A stretch of 36,447 bases of DNA, from the IMG/VR virus record IMGVR_UViG_3300037631_000806, positions 1-36,447 of that record, one strand, 5' to 3'. The position numbers and the translations under genes were made by a program. The notes below the pieces were generated by a model. That model did not search any database, was not told where the DNA came from, and saw only the letters and a program-made list of their open reading frames with translations. This DNA comes from a virus (lineage: Duplodnaviria > Caudoviricetes). Position 1 is the first letter of the stretch. Every line of letters starts with the position of its first letter. Positions 20,628-28,472 of this stretch are shown in pieces.

Positions 20628-21218
20628 ATGGCAAACCAAGAAGTAAAGTTTTCAAATTTTTATGAGAGTACACTCTCTACTGGTGGCTTACCACAAAGTG
20701 TAGTAAGTTGTACTTTAACAGCAGCACCAACAACAGATGGTAGTACAGCTATTGGTGCAAATTATTATTTAGTAGTAGACCCTGATAATGCTTCTGCAAG
20801 AGAAGTTATAGAAGTAACTGCTGCAACTGGAACATCATTATCAGCAATAACAAGAGATAAAGAAGGAAGATATGGAACTCCTGGAGATGCCTCAACTGCA
20901 CCTAATCATGGAGAAGGAACTGTTGTTCGTATGGCAGTTATCAAAGAAATGTTTGAAGATTTACATGACAGAGTAGATACAAGTATTACTGCAACATCAA
21001 CAGATACACTAACAAATAAAACTTTTAATGTTGAAGCAACAGGTAACTCTATATCTAACATAGATGTAGCTGACTTAAAGTCAGGGGTACTAGATACAGA
21101 CATTAGTTCTGTTAGTGGTAGTGATGATACATTAGCTTCAGCAAAAGCAGTAAAGTCTTATGTTGATACACAAGTCAACACAAAGGCATCTTTAGGTATA
21201 GTAATAGCGTTGTCATAA
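20628..21218 (+). CDS. Short tail fibre / fibre-anchor protein
   Basis: N-terminal NFYESTL...EVIEVT...TR...H.EG module, TDTLTNKT and SAKAVKSYVD fibre motifs, C-terminal LGIVIALS. Confidence 0.65.
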   Translation: MANQEVKFSNFYESTLSTGGLPQSVVSCTLTAAPTTDGSTAIGANYYLVVDPDNASAREVIEVTAATGTSLSAITRDKEGRYGTPGDASTAPNHGEGTVVRMAVIKEMFEDLHDRVDTSITATSTDTLTNKTFNVEATGNSISNIDVADLKSGVLDTDISSVSGSDDTLASAKAVKSYVDTQVNTKASLGIVIALS

Positions 21219-21412
21219 TGTCAATGTTAATAATGCTCAAAGAAGGTGGAAGTCTAGGAATAGACACCATTGGTAATAAACCTATAGATGAAGATATAGA
21301 TTTACTACCTGAAGGTGGTAGTTTATCTACAAGTTTCAGAGTTGTATTTAATACATTATCTGTAACAAGTAGCACAAGTAGCACAAGTCGTGCTATAGTA
21401 TTAGAAGTATAG
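21218..21412 (+). CDS. Small tail-module protein (64 aa), paralog of 23229-23432
   Basis: TAATG-coupled; C-terminal half aligns with 23229-23432. Confidence 0.6.
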   Translation: MSMLIMLKEGGSLGIDTIGNKPIDEDIDLLPEGGSLSTSFRVVFNTLSVTSSTSSTSRAIVLEV

Positions 21413-21437
21413 AAATATATGATGGAGAAGATATAAA

Positions 21438-21767
21438 ATGGCAGAAACATTCAAGAATGCTTACTTAGATGTAACCGATTCTGAAGCGGATTTTTACACT
21501 TGCCCAGGTTCTACAACTGCGATTGTTCTTACATTAAGAATGACAAATGTTGATGGAACTAATTCAGCAACTGTAGATGCAAAAGTTTTAGATAGTGATG
21601 GTTCAACTAACTCTATGATTGCTTCAACAATATCTGTACCTGCAGATAGTACATTAGAACTAGCAGGTGCTTCAAAGATTGTTTTAGAAGCAGGAGATAA
21701 AGTCAGATTAACTGCAAGTGCAGCTAGTGATATAGAAGCATTTGCCAGTATTTTAGAAATTACATAA
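21438..21767 (+). CDS. Tail-associated beta-sandwich protein (109 aa)
   Basis: GGAG SD; MAETFKNA...YTCP.STTAIV...LEAGD...ILEIT pattern common next to fibre genes in aquatic phages. Confidence 0.65.
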   Translation: MAETFKNAYLDVTDSEADFYTCPGSTTAIVLTLRMTNVDGTNSATVDAKVLDSDGSTNSMIASTISVPADSTLELAGASKIVLEAGDKVRLTASAASDIEAFASILEIT

Positions 21768-21782
21768 TTAGGAGATTTTTTA

Positions 21783-22754
21783 ATGGGTAGAACTAATGAA
21801 TTTGGTTATTTAGGTGCAGGACCTGAACAAACAGCTTCAGGTAATAATGGCGTGTTCTCTTTTACCGAAGCAAATTCTTTAAACAATGATGGTGCATTTA
21901 GCAGTGCAGGGTCTACAGAGCTACTTGAATTACTTGTAGTAGCAGGTGGTGCAGGTGCTTCAGGTTCTAACAGTAATGGTAGAGGTGGCACAGGTGGTGG
22001 TGGTGCAGGTGGTTTTAGAAACAGCACTACACAAACTGTTACAAGAGGTACTAATGTTACAATAACTATAGGTGCAGGTGGAACAGGTGCTACAGGTCAG
22101 GGTACTGATGGTAGTGAAAGTTCATTCGGTTCATTCGAAAGTCATGGTGGTGGTAAATCAAGAACTGCAACAACTGGTTCATCAGGTGGTTCCGGTGGCG
22201 GTGGAAGTAATGATGGTAGTAGCAATATAAGTGGTGGTTCAGGTAACGAAGGAGGTTATACTCCTTCTGAAGGTTCAGGTGGTGGACAAAGTCGTGGCGG
22301 AGGTCGTGGCGGTGGCGGTGGTGGCGGTGGTGCTACTGGTTCAGGTGGACATGGTGGTACTGATGTTAATGGTCACTTTGGTGGTGCAGGAAAAGAAAAT
22401 TTATTGACAGGTACTTCACTTTATTATGCTGCAGGTGGTAATGGTAGTAGAGGTAGTGGAGGAACAAACAATGCTAAAAGCAACTCAACAGATTTAACTA
22501 CATCTTCTGCAGGACGAGGAGATGGTGGTAATGGTGATGGACAAAATGGAACTTCTGCAATAGCTAATTCAGGTTCAGGCGGTGGCGGTGGCGGACACCC
22601 AACTGGAGATGGTGGTAATGGTGGTTCAGGAGTAATTTTATTTAAAGTAGCAAATTCAAAAAAACCAGTCTCTACAACAGGTTCTCCAACAGAAATATCT
22701 ATAGGTGATAACACAGTTTATAAATTTACAGGAGATGGGTCGGCACAGTTCTAA
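21783..22754 (+). CDS. Glycine-rich tail-tip / receptor-binding-like protein
   Basis: LLVVAGGAG, GGGGAGG, YYAAGG, GGSGVIL and YKFTGDG motifs of the phage Gly-rich (polyglycine II) domain. Confidence 0.75.
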   Translation: MGRTNEFGYLGAGPEQTASGNNGVFSFTEANSLNNDGAFSSAGSTELLELLVVAGGAGASGSNSNGRGGTGGGGAGGFRNSTTQTVTRGTNVTITIGAGGTGATGQGTDGSESSFGSFESHGGGKSRTATTGSSGGSGGGGSNDGSSNISGGSGNEGGYTPSEGSGGGQSRGGGRGGGGGGGGATGSGGHGGTDVNGHFGGAGKENLLTGTSLYYAAGGNGSRGSGGTNNAKSNSTDLTTSSAGRGDGGNGDGQNGTSAIANSGSGGGGGGHPTGDGGNGGSGVILFKVANSKKPVSTTGSPTEISIGDNTVYKFTGDGSAQF

Positions 22755-23212
22755 TGGCACACTTTGCAAAACTAGATGAAAACAATGTAGTCTTATCAGT
22801 TCATGTTGTAGATAACACAATTATTACAGATGAAAATGGAGATGAGCAAGAAAGTTTAGGAATAGCATATCTGCAAAATCTACATGGAGATGACACTAAT
22901 TGGGTACAAACTTCTTATAATAAAAATATAAGAGGTTCTTATGCGGGAAAAGGTAGCACATATAATTCAGAGACAGAGAAGTTTATTATACCTGCAGAAT
23001 TTCCATCTTGGGTACTTGACGAAAATGATGAATGGCAACCACCAGTAGATTATCCTGCAGACTTTAATGCTACACCTGCTTTAAAAGGATACGTATGGAA
23101 TGAAGATACAAAATCTTGGGATACAACATGGGAAGCAACAGAAGCATATCCAACAGATGGTAAAACTTATAGTTGGATTGATGGGGCTTGGGTAGATATT
23201 TCAGACCAATAA
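22754..23212 (+). CDS. Partner of the Gly-rich protein (MAHFAKLD-type; putative fibre chaperone)
   Basis: MAHFAKLDENNVV...WVQTSYN...FPSW...WQPPV...Y.W.E, typically encoded right after Gly-rich tail genes; duplicated C-terminal YP...Y.W repeat. Confidence 0.7.
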   Translation: MAHFAKLDENNVVLSVHVVDNTIITDENGDEQESLGIAYLQNLHGDDTNWVQTSYNKNIRGSYAGKGSTYNSETEKFIIPAEFPSWVLDENDEWQPPVDYPADFNATPALKGYVWNEDTKSWDTTWEATEAYPTDGKTYSWIDGAWVDISDQ

Positions 23213-23228
23213 TTTAAAAAGGTGGAAC

Positions 23229-23432
23229 ATGGCATTTATACTTACACATTTTGAAAGCAATGTAAAAACCTATGTGTCAACTGTTGAATTACCTTTCCAA
23301 TATCAGACAGATTTAAAACCCAATCAAGATGGAAATTTATCAACTACATTAAGAAGCGTTTATAATGGTCTTAATATAACAACTAATCAAAGTACTTTAC
23401 CAAGATTATTAGTGTTAGGAGATTTACTATAG
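23229..23432 (+). CDS. Small protein (67 aa), paralog of 21218-21412
   Basis: AAGGTGG SD; LSTTLRSVYNGLNITT...RLLVL versus LSTSFRVVFNTLSVTS...RAIVL. Confidence 0.6.
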   Translation: MAFILTHFESNVKTYVSTVELPFQYQTDLKPNQDGNLSTTLRSVYNGLNITTNQSTLPRLLVLGDLL

Positions 23433-24175
23433 AACTTAATATATATCCTATAAAAAAAGAATATGAAATACTTTTAAATGCTTACCCGCCAGTATCTGCA
23501 AATAAATTTCTACCTAAATGGTATAAGGAAAAAAAACCAAACTATGTAACTACAGAAGATGTTCTTGTAAATCCTTTAATACAGAAGCATGCGAAGCAAT
23601 GTCCTGCAATACAAGATTACTTAGTTGACGGTGTTGTGATACCTGCATGGACAGATATACAAATAGTTGTAAATCAAAATGGTGTTGTTGAATGGAATGT
23701 ACCTGTTGGAAACAGTATTGCTTTTGATAATAATTTTTTAGACAAACAGGACCAAAAACAAATAGAAGGTATGGGTTTATGGGATATAGAAAATTTAGGT
23801 GTGTTAAAATTAAATACACCCTATATGTTTGAAACACCTGAAGGTTATGGCACACATTTTTATGACCCTTTCTATCATCATAGAAATAATATAAGATTGT
23901 TACCTGGTAAAGTAGAAACAGATATATGGCACGAGGTAAACTTTCCATTTGAATTTGACAATACAGATGTACCAAAAGACAGCAAACTAATTTCTGTCAA
24001 AGCAGGAGAGCCATTAGTCGTAGCATCTGTGTATAAAAAATCAGATAAAACTAAATTAAATTTACACAGTTACTCTGAAGAAAAAGATAATTTATATAAT
24101 AGAAACAATGGTTTAAATAATACTGTTAGTAATAATTGGCGCAGAACAAAGAAAATATTAGATGAAGAAGAATAA
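23429..24175 (+). CDS. Accessory protein (about 248 aa, DUF6065-like), probable ATA start
   Basis: Frame is open 69 codons upstream of GTG 23636 (ELNIYPIKKEYEILLNAYPPVSANKFLPKWYKE...KQCPAIQDYLVDGVVIP), and this part aligns with the next gene. AGGAGA SD lies 6 nt before ATA 23429. Confidence 0.65.
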   Translation: MELNIYPIKKEYEILLNAYPPVSANKFLPKWYKEKKPNYVTTEDVLVNPLIQKHAKQCPAIQDYLVDGVVIPAWTDIQIVVNQNGVVEWNVPVGNSIAFDNNFLDKQDQKQIEGMGLWDIENLGVLKLNTPYMFETPEGYGTHFYDPFYHHRNNIRLLPGKVETDIWHEVNFPFEFDNTDVPKDSKLISVKAGEPLVVASVYKKSDKTKLNLHSYSEEKDNLYNRNNGLNNTVSNNWRRTKKILDEEE

Positions 24176-24887
24176 AATTAAATTTGCTATGTTCTCTGAC
24201 ATGGTTTATTACAATAAAGATTTACACCCAAAACCTATGAGAGAATATATACCTCATTGGTTTAAAAAAATACCTAATAAAGATTACCCAAGTACAACAA
24301 CAGTACAAACCTGTCCCTCATTCTTAGATGTATTTAAAGAAGGTTATGTAATAACTACACCTGTTGATGTAGAAATTGAAGTCAAAGAAGATGGTTCATT
24401 TACATGGCAAACTAAAACAATCTTTGATACAGATGCTTTACATACAGTAAGAGCAGACTTTATATCAGGACATAATGATGTTCAGATGGTAAATCATTTA
24501 CCTAAAGATTCAAGTATTGTTAAAGTTTTAAAAATGCAATTTCCTATGTATGTTATGACACCACCAGGATATTCATGCAGACAAATACCTATGTCATACT
24601 TGTTTGAAGACAATGATGATTGGGAGAGTGTCTATGGTATTTTAAAAACGGATGTCATTAACGAACTTAATATACAAATAGCAATAAAAAAATACAATAA
24701 AAAAATACTTATACCACAACATACACCCTTGTGTGTATACGTACCTTATAAGAGAGAAAAACAATTAGCAATGGAAGTTACTAAATATTCTGAAGATGAA
24801 GAAGCAAAAAAATATTTTAATAAAAATTACTTAACAGTTCACGGTACTTTTAAAAGTGGTTATCTTAGAAATTTTAGAAAGACATGA
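24162..24887 (+). CDS. Accessory protein (241 aa, DUF6065-like), paralog of the preceding gene
   Basis: PKP...IPHWFK, TCPSFLD...GYVI, TPPGYS, GILKTD and TPL motifs shared with 23429-24175. Confidence 0.7.
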   Translation: MKKNKIKFAMFSDMVYYNKDLHPKPMREYIPHWFKKIPNKDYPSTTTVQTCPSFLDVFKEGYVITTPVDVEIEVKEDGSFTWQTKTIFDTDALHTVRADFISGHNDVQMVNHLPKDSSIVKVLKMQFPMYVMTPPGYSCRQIPMSYLFEDNDDWESVYGILKTDVINELNIQIAIKKYNKKILIPQHTPLCVYVPYKREKQLAMEVTKYSEDEEAKKYFNKNYLTVHGTFKSGYLRNFRKT

Positions 24888-24893
24888 TATAAT
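24885..24893 (+). promoter_or_regulatory. Extended -10 promoter giving a leaderless mRNA
   Basis: TG-A-TATAAT; ATG 24900 follows after 6 nt, with no SD. Confidence 0.6.
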
Positions 24894-24899
24894 CCAATA

Positions 24900-25040
24900 A
24901 TGGATTTTATAATCGGATTTTTATTAGGTTATTTTTTAAAAGAAATTAGTTCTTATCTTAAAAGATTAAGTAAGTGGGACTTAGATAATCGTGCCTATGA
25001 TAAAGAATGGGACTGGATGTCGCATGAGGATTTACCATAA
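24900..25040 (+). CDS. Small membrane protein (46 aa; not in ORF track)
   Basis: MDFIIGFLLGYFLKEISSYLKRLSKWDLDNRAYDKEWDWMSHEDLP*, hydrophobic N-terminus. Confidence 0.65.
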   Translation: MDFIIGFLLGYFLKEISSYLKRLSKWDLDNRAYDKEWDWMSHEDLP

Positions 25041-25208
25041 ATGACAGACAGCAATGGCTATACCCAAAAGGAACTTCTTAATATGGTTATTGAACGACTC
25101 GATAAAATTGAAGATAAGCTAGATGCCAAATTAGATAAGGCAGAGTTTTATAAAGTATTAATGCTCATTGTAGCAATAGGTGGAGTTGTCGCAGCCTTTG
25201 TAATGTAA
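25041..25208 (+). CDS. Coiled-coil plus C-terminal TM protein (55 aa; not in ORF track)
   Basis: MTDSNGYTQKELLNMVIERLDKIEDKLDAKLDKAEFYKVLMLIVAIGGVVAAFVM*; GAGGA SD; TAATG overlap with the next gene. Confidence 0.7.
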   Translation: MTDSNGYTQKELLNMVIERLDKIEDKLDAKLDKAEFYKVLMLIVAIGGVVAAFVM

Positions 25209-26974
25209 TGCTAAGACTTCTCTTAGCTTTATTCTTATTAATACCTACCCCTGTATTCGCAGAAGAAGTACCTAATGAAGTTACAGTTAACGAAGCGTTC
25301 GAGGATGACACATACGAAACAGGTTTAACTATTAGTGGTGGTAGCAGTGATGCGTATATTTACTGTAATGAACAAGGAAGATATGGAACAACAGGTTGTT
25401 CATTAGCTATACAGAGTGGTACTTATTTATTTGAATTTGCAGAAGATGTATATGAGATAGGATTTCTAGTTGGTGCAGTAAATAATACTTATGATGTTAA
25501 GTATTACTACTCTGATGAAACAGATGAAACTATAAACAAAGCAGCACAATCTTGGGGAGAAGATGGTAATGCTATGTATGATGATTTCTACAAATCATTT
25601 ACTGATTACAACAATGATGAAGCCAACACAGATAAGTTTATTACAAAGTTTGAAGTTACAATAACAGATATATCTGTATTGGATACACTGTACTGGCAAT
25701 ATGTAGAGATACCTGTTACCACTACTACATCTACTACGACTACTACAACTACTACAACAACTACTACTACAACAACTGTACCGCCTCCACCTCCACCACC
25801 ACCTCCTCCGCCACCTCCTACACCACAAGAGATTATTGTTGATGTAAAAGTAGAAGGTGTTGATAAGACCTATACACAAGCAGATGTTAATGATGGGACT
25901 ATTGAGCGTGACCAGGAGCGTGTAGACAATGAAGCTGAGTATGGTTGCTTTATGACTAACGCACAGATAGAGCGTGGTGATTGTGATATACCTGAACCTA
26001 TTGAAGAAGAAATTAAAGATGATATTATAGAAGAAGAAATAGTAATAGTAGAAGAAGAGGTAGTTCTTGAAGAAGATATTGTCAAGGATAAAGAAGATGT
26101 GGATGACTTCATTCTTGAGGATGATGTTGATGTACTCGACCCACCTAAAGAGGAAGTATCTAAAGATGAAGTTGTGGAGTTTGAAGAACTCCCTATTGAG
26201 TTCGAGATTATTGAATTTGATTTGGAAGATATTGTCACCGAAGACGTGGATGAAATACCAATACAAGATGAAATAGAAGAGGAGATTGTAGATGAAAAAA
26301 TTAATGAGGAAGTTTTGGTTGAGCCAGTACAGGAAATTGTTGAGGAGAAAACAGAACGAGATATACCAGGAGTGGAAGAAACAGAACCCTTAGAGCTTAC
26401 TGAGGAAGAAGTTGCTGTTGAAGTAGCTGAAGTAGAAGAAATAGTAGAAGATATTATTGTTGAAGAAGCTACTGTTGAAGAAGTTGTTGAGGTACTAGAA
26501 CAAGTTAATGACATTGGTGTACAGAACTTAGACCAAGCTACTGAAGAAGTACAAGAGGTAGTTCAATCTGTTGTTGAGGAAGCTATAGCAGATGTTGCAG
26601 AGCTTACTGAAGAACAAGTAGAAGTTGTTGCTGAAGTACTACAAGTAGAAGCAGAGGATGTAGCTATTATTGCTGAGTCTGTTAAAGATGATGAGGTTAT
26701 AGCAGAAGCTGTAGAAGAATATGTAGAGAGAGCTGTAGAGAATGCAGATGTAGAGAACTATACACTTGCTGATGTTGTCACAGAAGTAAACTACGAATCT
26801 TTTTTAGAGAACCCTATAGAAACATTTATTGATTTAGATTTTGAAGATGTCACACTATCAAACATAGGTGATGACATGACACAAGACCAAAGAGAAAAAG
26901 CACAAGAGGTTGTAGTGCCAGTTATTTTGACTAGAATAGCTAGTATGGCAGCTTTCATATTTAGGAGAAGTTAA
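25208..26974 (+). CDS. Secreted/surface protein: signal peptide, globular domain, Thr/Pro linker, long acidic stalk, hydrophobic-basic C-terminus
   Basis: MLRLLLALFLLIPTPVFA signal; poly-Thr and poly-Pro runs; E/V/I/D-rich region; ends VVVPVILTRIASMAAFIFRRS. Confidence 0.75.
   Translation: MLRLLLALFLLIPTPVFAEEVPNEVTVNEAFEDDTYETGLTISGGSSDAYIYCNEQGRYGTTGCSLAIQSGTYLFEFAEDVYEIGFLVGAVNNTYDVKYYYSDETDETINKAAQSWGEDGNAMYDDFYKSFTDYNNDEANTDKFITKFEVTITDISVLDTLYWQYVEIPVTTTTSTTTTTTTTTTTTTTTVPPPPPPPPPPPPPTPQEIIVDVKVEGVDKTYTQADVNDGTIERDQERVDNEAEYGCFMTNAQIERGDCDIPEPIEEEIKDDIIEEEIVIVEEEVVLEEDIVKDKEDVDDFILEDDVDVLDPPKEEVSKDEVVEFEELPIEFEIIEFDLEDIVTEDVDEIPIQDEIEEEIVDEKINEEVLVEPVQEIVEEKTERDIPGVEETEPLELTEEEVAVEVAEVEEIVEDIIVEEATVEEVVEVLEQVNDIGVQNLDQATEEVQEVVQSVVEEAIADVAELTEEQVEVVAEVLQVEAEDVAIIAESVKDDEVIAEAVEEYVERAVENADVENYTLADVVTEVNYESFLENPIETFIDLDFEDVTLSNIGDDMTQDQREKAQEVVVPVILTRIASMAAFIFRRS
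25718..25819 (+). repeat. Low-complexity coding repeats (ACN)n then (CCN)n
   Basis: About 20 Thr/Ser codons followed by 13 Pro codons, with synonymous variation. Confidence 0.9.
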
Positions 26975-27147
26975 TGAAAATTAAAGGCGTAGATGTATCA
27001 AGTCTAACTAAAAGACAACAACAGACTATGAAGAAACATGCTGTTCATCATACTAAAAAACATTTACAGTATATGACTAACTCTATGAAAAGAGGTACAT
27101 CATTTAGTAAAGCACATAAAAATGCACAAAAAAAAGTTGGTAAGTAA
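26974..27147 (+). CDS. Small basic His/Lys-rich protein (57 aa; not in ORF track)
   Basis: MKIKGVDVSSLTKRQQQTMKKHAVHHTKKHLQYMTNSMKRGTSFSKAHKNAQKKVGK*; AGGAG SD; TAATG overlaps at both ends. Confidence 0.8.
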   Translation: MKIKGVDVSSLTKRQQQTMKKHAVHHTKKHLQYMTNSMKRGTSFSKAHKNAQKKVGK

Positions 27148-27332
27148 TGATTAAAAAGTTATGGTCATGGTTAGTAACAGCAATTAAAGAAACATTAAAC
27201 CTTAGTTGGACTTTGGTTGGTTTAGTTATTGCTACACTTACATTGACTGGTTCAGCACAACAAGTGACAGGACTAGCTACAGTAATTACATTAGCTATAT
27301 GGTTGCTGACCATTAGTTTTAGAAAGGAATAG
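27147..27332 (+). CDS. Two-TM membrane protein, holin-like
   Basis: Two hydrophobic helices, basic termini, upstream of the lysin candidate. Confidence 0.6.
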   Translation: MIKKLWSWLVTAIKETLNLSWTLVGLVIATLTLTGSAQQVTGLATVITLAIWLLTISFRKE

Positions 27333-27333
27333 T

Positions 27334-27414
27334 ATGTGTTTTATACAACAAGAAGAAGATGGTTCATTCGTACAGATATGTAACCACAAGTATGGGAGTG
27401 AACATTGCAGTTAG
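27334..27414 (+). CDS. Cys/His micropeptide (26 aa; not in ORF track)
   Basis: MCFIQQEEDGSFVQICNHKYGSEHCS*; AGAAAGGA SD; fills the gap before 27405. Confidence 0.45.
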   Translation: MCFIQQEEDGSFVQICNHKYGSEHCS

Positions 27415-28001
27415 ATGTTATTAGAACTCAATTTGGAAAAGATGCAACAAATGGAATGTTGTTTATTGATGGTATCTTTGAATGTTACACATTAGAAGAC
27501 CAGTATCAAGCCGTAAAAGTTATGCATGAGACTTGTATACCTGAAGGCGAGTATGATATAGAGTTTAGAAAGACTGGAGGATTTCACGCAAAGTACTCTG
27601 AACGTTATAAGAACGCTCATTACGGTATGCTACACATACAAAACGTACCTAACTTTACTTATATATTAATTCACGCAGGTAATACAGATGAACATACCTC
27701 AGGATGTCTAATCGTTGGAGAGACACAACAAGACCTAGACATGAATGAGTCAGGGTTTATCGGACATAGCGGTACGGCTTATAAAAAAATGTATTCAAAA
27801 GTTGCAAGTCAGTTACTACAAGGTAAGAAAGTTACTATAAACTACACTACTATAACTAAGCTATTAGAGAATAAACCTGTTGAAGACAACAAAGCTAAAG
27901 ACCATATGATACTAGCTGATAGCGTATACGCTAAGTTACAAGAAATAAACGGGAATGTTATAAAAACTAATGCTATGCTAAAGGGTAGACTAATTAACTA
28001 A
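27405..28001 (+). CDS. DUF5675-like protein, putative endolysin (His/Cys cell-wall peptidase)
   Basis: TTG start with GGAG SD; CYTLED...ETCIPEGEY...ILIHAGNT...TSGCLIVG signature; flanked by holin-like genes. Confidence 0.75.
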   Translation: MQLDVIRTQFGKDATNGMLFIDGIFECYTLEDQYQAVKVMHETCIPEGEYDIEFRKTGGFHAKYSERYKNAHYGMLHIQNVPNFTYILIHAGNTDEHTSGCLIVGETQQDLDMNESGFIGHSGTAYKKMYSKVASQLLQGKKVTINYTTITKLLENKPVEDNKAKDHMILADSVYAKLQEINGNVIKTNAMLKGRLIN

Positions 28002-28011
28002 GGAGATATAT

Positions 28012-28224
28012 ATGAGTCAAGAACTCAAAGATATGTTGAACAAAACTGCATGGACATTTGTTGAAGCCTTCATTGGTGCTTTAACAGTTGCTCCACTTGT
28101 AGGTGTAGACGCTAGTGCATTGCAATTAGCAGCTATGTCAGGTGCAGGTGCAGCTCTAGTTGTCATCAAAGAATTTGCTAAGAAGCAAGTTAGTGGTAGC
28201 TCTAGTTCAACTGTTAGTAAATAA
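28012..28224 (+). CDS. Holin (r1t-like)
   Basis: AAGGAG SD; KTAWTFVEAFIGAL...AAMSGAGAALVVIKEF with two TM segments; last gene of the late arm. Confidence 0.7.
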   Translation: MSQELKDMLNKTAWTFVEAFIGALTVAPLVGVDASALQLAAMSGAGAALVVIKEFAKKQVSGSSSSTVSK

Positions 28225-28233
28225 TTATTAAAT

Positions 28234-28275
28234 AGCAAAGCCGAGGGTGTTATCCTTTCTACCTCGGCTTCTGCT
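28234..28275. terminator. Hairpin / bidirectional terminator between convergent arms
   Basis: AGCA-AAGCCGAGG / CCTCGGCTT-C-TGCT inverted repeat, 15-nt loop. Confidence 0.7.
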
Positions 28276-28472
28276 TATTCTTCTTCGTTAATAGCTTTTA
28301 AGTTATCGTTGTAATCAGACACAAACTTTTCAATAAGTATGTCTACTTTCTTTGTATCTAATTTAGTTAGTATTGCACCCTTAGATACCTCTTGTCCACC
28401 TAGACAATTAGCTAGTTGGATAGACCAGTTCTTTAAATGCTTAGGGTCTACAAAGATGTTAATAGACTGCAT
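28275..28472 (-). CDS. Hypothetical protein (65 aa)
   Basis: TAATG-coupled to the annealase gene. Confidence 0.65.
   Translation of the reverse strand: MQSINIFVDPKHLKNWSIQLANCLGGQEVSKGAILTKLDTKKVDILIEKFVSDYNDNLKAINEEE

Noticed and set aside
21365-21388. Short tandem repeat ACAAGTAGC
   Set aside because: In-frame Ser/Thr coding duplication, too short to be a separate element.
23451-23536. A-runs as a programmed frameshift explaining the missing start of the 23636 ORF
   Set aside because: The frame is already continuous from 23429; the nearby out-of-frame ATG at 23463 stops after four codons.
322-28238. Many antisense or nested ORFs in the track (e.g. 4516-4980, 19150-19560, 25595-26266, 25870-26514)
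   Set aside because: Shadows of strongly biased sense genes; low-complexity products without SDs.
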